DNA from: a virus | Taxonomy: Duplodnaviria > Caudoviricetes | DNA: 39,097 bases | Virus record (IMG/VR): IMGVR_UViG_3300017772_000040 | Coordinates: 1 to 39,097 of that record | Strand: one strand, 5' to 3' | Shown here: in pieces, positions 36,213-39,097 of the stretch | Numbering within the stretch: position 1 is the first letter of the stretch | Layout of the letters: each line of letters opens with the position of its first letter | Program-made: the position numbers and the translations under genes | Notes under the pieces: model-generated | What the model was told of the DNA's origin: nothing | Database searches by the model: none | What the model saw: only the letters and a program-made list of their open reading frames with translations

Positions 36213-39097
36213 ATGGCACTAAGTCCTCAATTATTACAGTTTAAGAGTTCTGGGGTTTACAGACTTGAATTCGACAAATCACAGACTGCAAACATTAATG
36301 TAGAAACTCTTAGATTAGTTGTAGGTCACTCTAGAAAGGGACCTTACAATACACCCGTTCTCATTGAAAATGTAGAACAATTTATTCAAGTTTTTGGCAA
36401 CATTGACAGAAACTTAGAGAAAAAAGGAATGTTTTTCCACCGTTCAGCTCAGACAGCTCTATCTAGAGGTCCTATCTTAGCTTTAAACTTAGTTAATTTC
36501 GAAAGCACTGATGTAGCTTCTTATCAAAGACCAGTTACAAACGGTGCTCAACATGGTTTATCTTCTTCAGCAGGTACTGACCAATATTCTCAGTTCCTAA
36601 AAGCTGATAAATTTGCTATCCCATCTGATGAAGCAGTATTAAATCAACTTTCTTCTGATTCAAACAGACTAATTAACTTTGTAAACATTAAACAAGAATC
36701 TATTACAGTTTTTGTTAGAAAAGCACAAGAAACTAGCGGATTTGAAATTAAAGCTAGAGAATGGTATGGAGAAGGAAATGTTCCTGCATTTTTAAACGAA
36801 AAAGATTACATATCTGACTTTATGGTTGATGTCTTCGTATTTAAAGGAGAATTTAGCCCAAGTCTATTAGATACTGACCCAGTTTATGGTGCATACTTTA
36901 CTTCAGAAGGTTTAGATAAAACTAAATTAGATGAGTTCGCTAACCTAAGACAAGTTGAAATGATCGCTAGTTATAGTGGTTCATTGATTCCTGGATTTAA
37001 AGATTTAGAAGGAAGAGACCTTTATATTGAAAATGCAATTAACGCAGAATCTAGAAGAACTGGATTATTCTGTGCAATTGATGAAGATAAAATAATGGAT
37101 GAAACAGGAACTGATGTTGATTTAGTAGGTCACACTTACGATGTTGACCAAGACTATGAACTTCTTTCTTACATCGTTGGTCAAGCAATTACACAAACTG
37201 CATCTAAATCGTTTACTGAAACTATTACTTATGACGATGGTATTTATATCAATAATAATCCTGGTCAAATTAATGGAGCTATAGATTTCGCTTTTACAAC
37301 TAACGGCGGTAACTGGTCTACAAATACATTAGTAGAATCTTCAACTAGTGGAACAACAAACGGAGACGGAACTGAAAACAGAACAGACGTATTCACTGGA
37401 AACTTTATAGACAATGGAGTTACTTACAATGCAACAGCTACGGTAACTGGTACATTTGATGAAACTACCGGTGAAATTACAGCAAACGGTCAAGTTGTCT
37501 TTGCATATAACAACCTTACTAGAACATTCGCACTAACACATGTACTGATTAATGGAAATCAATCTCAAGGTACGTTTGCGGAACTAGTTATTGGAGATTT
37601 AACATCAGGTGTTGTAGATAATAACGACCCATATACTTTAACAATTTCAAACTATGACAATGCTGGTGGTGAATTTGCCGTTGGTGGATTTATTCAAGCT
37701 AATTCAGCTAATGAGTATGTTGAAATTACAAACGTTGCAGTAAATCAAGGAAACACAGTAATTACTGCTGATGGAGCAATTTCTACTTTACTTGAATTTA
37801 CAACAGTTGAAAATAAAACAATCATAGTATACGCTATTGAAAACTCTAGAGCTAGAGACCTTTCATTCTCAAATGGAACTTATTTAGCAAATGGTACACA
37901 GTTTACTGTTACTTACACTAACTTAGTTGCTCAAGGCCAAGGATTTAGTTTCCCTCTTGCTAAAGGACATTATGTTCCTAATTCTGCTGGAAATAGACTA
38001 GCTAAAGTCACAAAGGTTTCTAAGGATGTTGGAGTTACTAACACAGTATTCTCAGTAAGCACTGACGATCTTGTACCGACTGTATGGGGTGAATACTACT
38101 TCAAATCATTCGAAGATGCATCTTCAGTTTACAAACCATTTGTATTAGGAAAAGCACAGATTGGAGCTAAGTCAATAACAGACTGTTTATCAGCTGTTTA
38201 CGGAACTGCTTTAGCAGAGGCTCTTACTGATAAAGATGCAATCGACTTTAGATACATTGTTGATACATTCGGATCGTTTGATTCAGGAAATATTTTAAAT
38301 AAATTCCAACTTTCAGACTTAGCACAGACTAGACAAAATGCAGCTGCTATCTTGAATGCACCTACAGTAGGAGACTTTAAAGCTTCTTCTGACCCATCTT
38401 TTAAAGATGCTAGCGGAACATTTAAGACAAGATTTATTAAAGATGGTGGTAACTTAGACCAAAATCCAACAGCTCTTTACTCACTACCTGGATTAACAGA
38501 TGGTGCAAACTATGGATTCTTCTTTGGACCTGGTTTAATAGTAAGAGAAAGTGGAAAAGACATCATTGTTCCTCCAGCAGCTTATGTGTCTAACAACTAT
38601 ATTGACAAGTATACTGATGCATTACCATGGTCAATTGTTGCAGGGCCAAGAAGAGGTGTTGTAACTGGAACAAATGTTGTTGGAGCAGAATATGCATTCG
38701 ACAAATCGGATAGAGATATTCTCGAGCCATTTGGAATTAACCCTATCGTCTTCCAAAGAGGTGTAGGTTTAACTATTCTTGGAAACAAAACAGCACAACA
38801 ATCAATTAAATCAGCTTTATCTTCAGCTCACGTTAGAGAGGTATTAATTTACATTCAAGAAGGTATGGCGGATATTCTTAAAGATTATGTGTTTGAATTT
38901 AACAATGCACAAACTAGACTAGAGATTAAAACTCTAGCTGACTCCTTTATGGAATCAGTTCAACAAGATGGTGGTGTATTTGATTTCAAGAATATTATGG
39001 ACCAAACAAATAACACTGATGAAGTAATTGACAACAATATCGGAATTATTGATACTTTTGTTGAGCCAGTTAAAGGTTTAGAAATAGTTGTTCACAG
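36213..39097 (+). CDS. 18: contractile tail sheath protein (>961 aa, runs off the window; not in ORF track)
   Basis: MALSPQLLQFKSSGVYRLEFDKS, GHSRKGPYNTP, VPPAAYV, PWSIVAGPRRG, GINPI, GNKT, VFEFN, FVEPVKGLE; start and end are in the same frame. Confidence 0.92.
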   Translation, partial: MALSPQLLQFKSSGVYRLEFDKSQTANINVETLRLVVGHSRKGPYNTPVLIENVEQFIQVFGNIDRNLEKKGMFFHRSAQTALSRGPILALNLVNFESTDVASYQRPVTNGAQHGLSSSAGTDQYSQFLKADKFAIPSDEAVLNQLSSDSNRLINFVNIKQESITVFVRKAQETSGFEIKAREWYGEGNVPAFLNEKDYISDFMVDVFVFKGEFSPSLLDTDPVYGAYFTSEGLDKTKLDEFANLRQVEMIASYSGSLIPGFKDLEGRDLYIENAINAESRRTGLFCAIDEDKIMDETGTDVDLVGHTYDVDQDYELLSYIVGQAITQTASKSFTETITYDDGIYINNNPGQINGAIDFAFTTNGGNWSTNTLVESSTSGTTNGDGTENRTDVFTGNFIDNGVTYNATATVTGTFDETTGEITANGQVVFAYNNLTRTFALTHVLINGNQSQGTFAELVIGDLTSGVVDNNDPYTLTISNYDNAGGEFAVGGFIQANSANEYVEITNVAVNQGNTVITADGAISTLLEFTTVENKTIIVYAIENSRARDLSFSNGTYLANGTQFTVTYTNLVAQGQGFSFPLAKGHYVPNSAGNRLAKVTKVSKDVGVTNTVFSVSTDDLVPTVWGEYYFKSFEDASSVYKPFVLGKAQIGAKSITDCLSAVYGTALAEALTDKDAIDFRYIVDTFGSFDSGNILNKFQLSDLAQTRQNAAAILNAPTVGDFKASSDPSFKDASGTFKTRFIKDGGNLDQNPTALYSLPGLTDGANYGFFFGPGLIVRESGKDIIVPPAAYVSNNYIDKYTDALPWSIVAGPRRGVVTGTNVVGAEYAFDKSDRDILEPFGINPIVFQRGVGLTILGNKTAQQSIKSALSSAHVREVLIYIQEGMADILKDYVFEFNNAQTRLEIKTLADSFMESVQQDGGVFDFKNIMDQTNNTDEVIDNNIGIIDTFVEPVKGLEIVVH

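Noticed and set aside
1456-38788. Other short minus-strand or alternate-frame ORFs inside long genes
   Set aside because: They lie within or across well-supported genes and show no motifs or start context

Overview
A 39-kb, AT-rich, densely coding segment of a large T4-like myophage, almost entirely on the + strand. A-rich start regions without Shine-Dalgarno sites and a Flavobacteria-type compact ribonucleotide reductase suggest a Bacteroidota host (inference). The window holds four gene sets. DNA modification: a T4 alpha-glucosyltransferase homologue and a gp56 dCTPase/dUTPase homologue. Replication and recombination: a family-B polymerase split into two genes about 4 kb apart with nrdB, nrdA and a probable sliding clamp between them, UvsX, a gp41 helicase carrying an in-frame TAA inside Walker A, gp46/47, clamp loader and RNase H. 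Late transcription: gp55 and a gp33-like protein. Virion and packaging: gp15, gp4, gp2, portal, a protease-scaffold fusion, major capsid, gp14 with extra domains, both terminase subunits and a truncated tail sheath. The non-coding DNA shows two recurring promoter-like motifs that largely sort genes by function: AAAC-N17-TAnAA (7 copies, mostly replication genes) and RATAWATA (13 copies, mostly virion genes, three only 4 nt from the ATG). A GC-rich three-hairpin element after nrdA is a candidate ncRNA. All protein calls come from motif recognition by eye; no searches were run.
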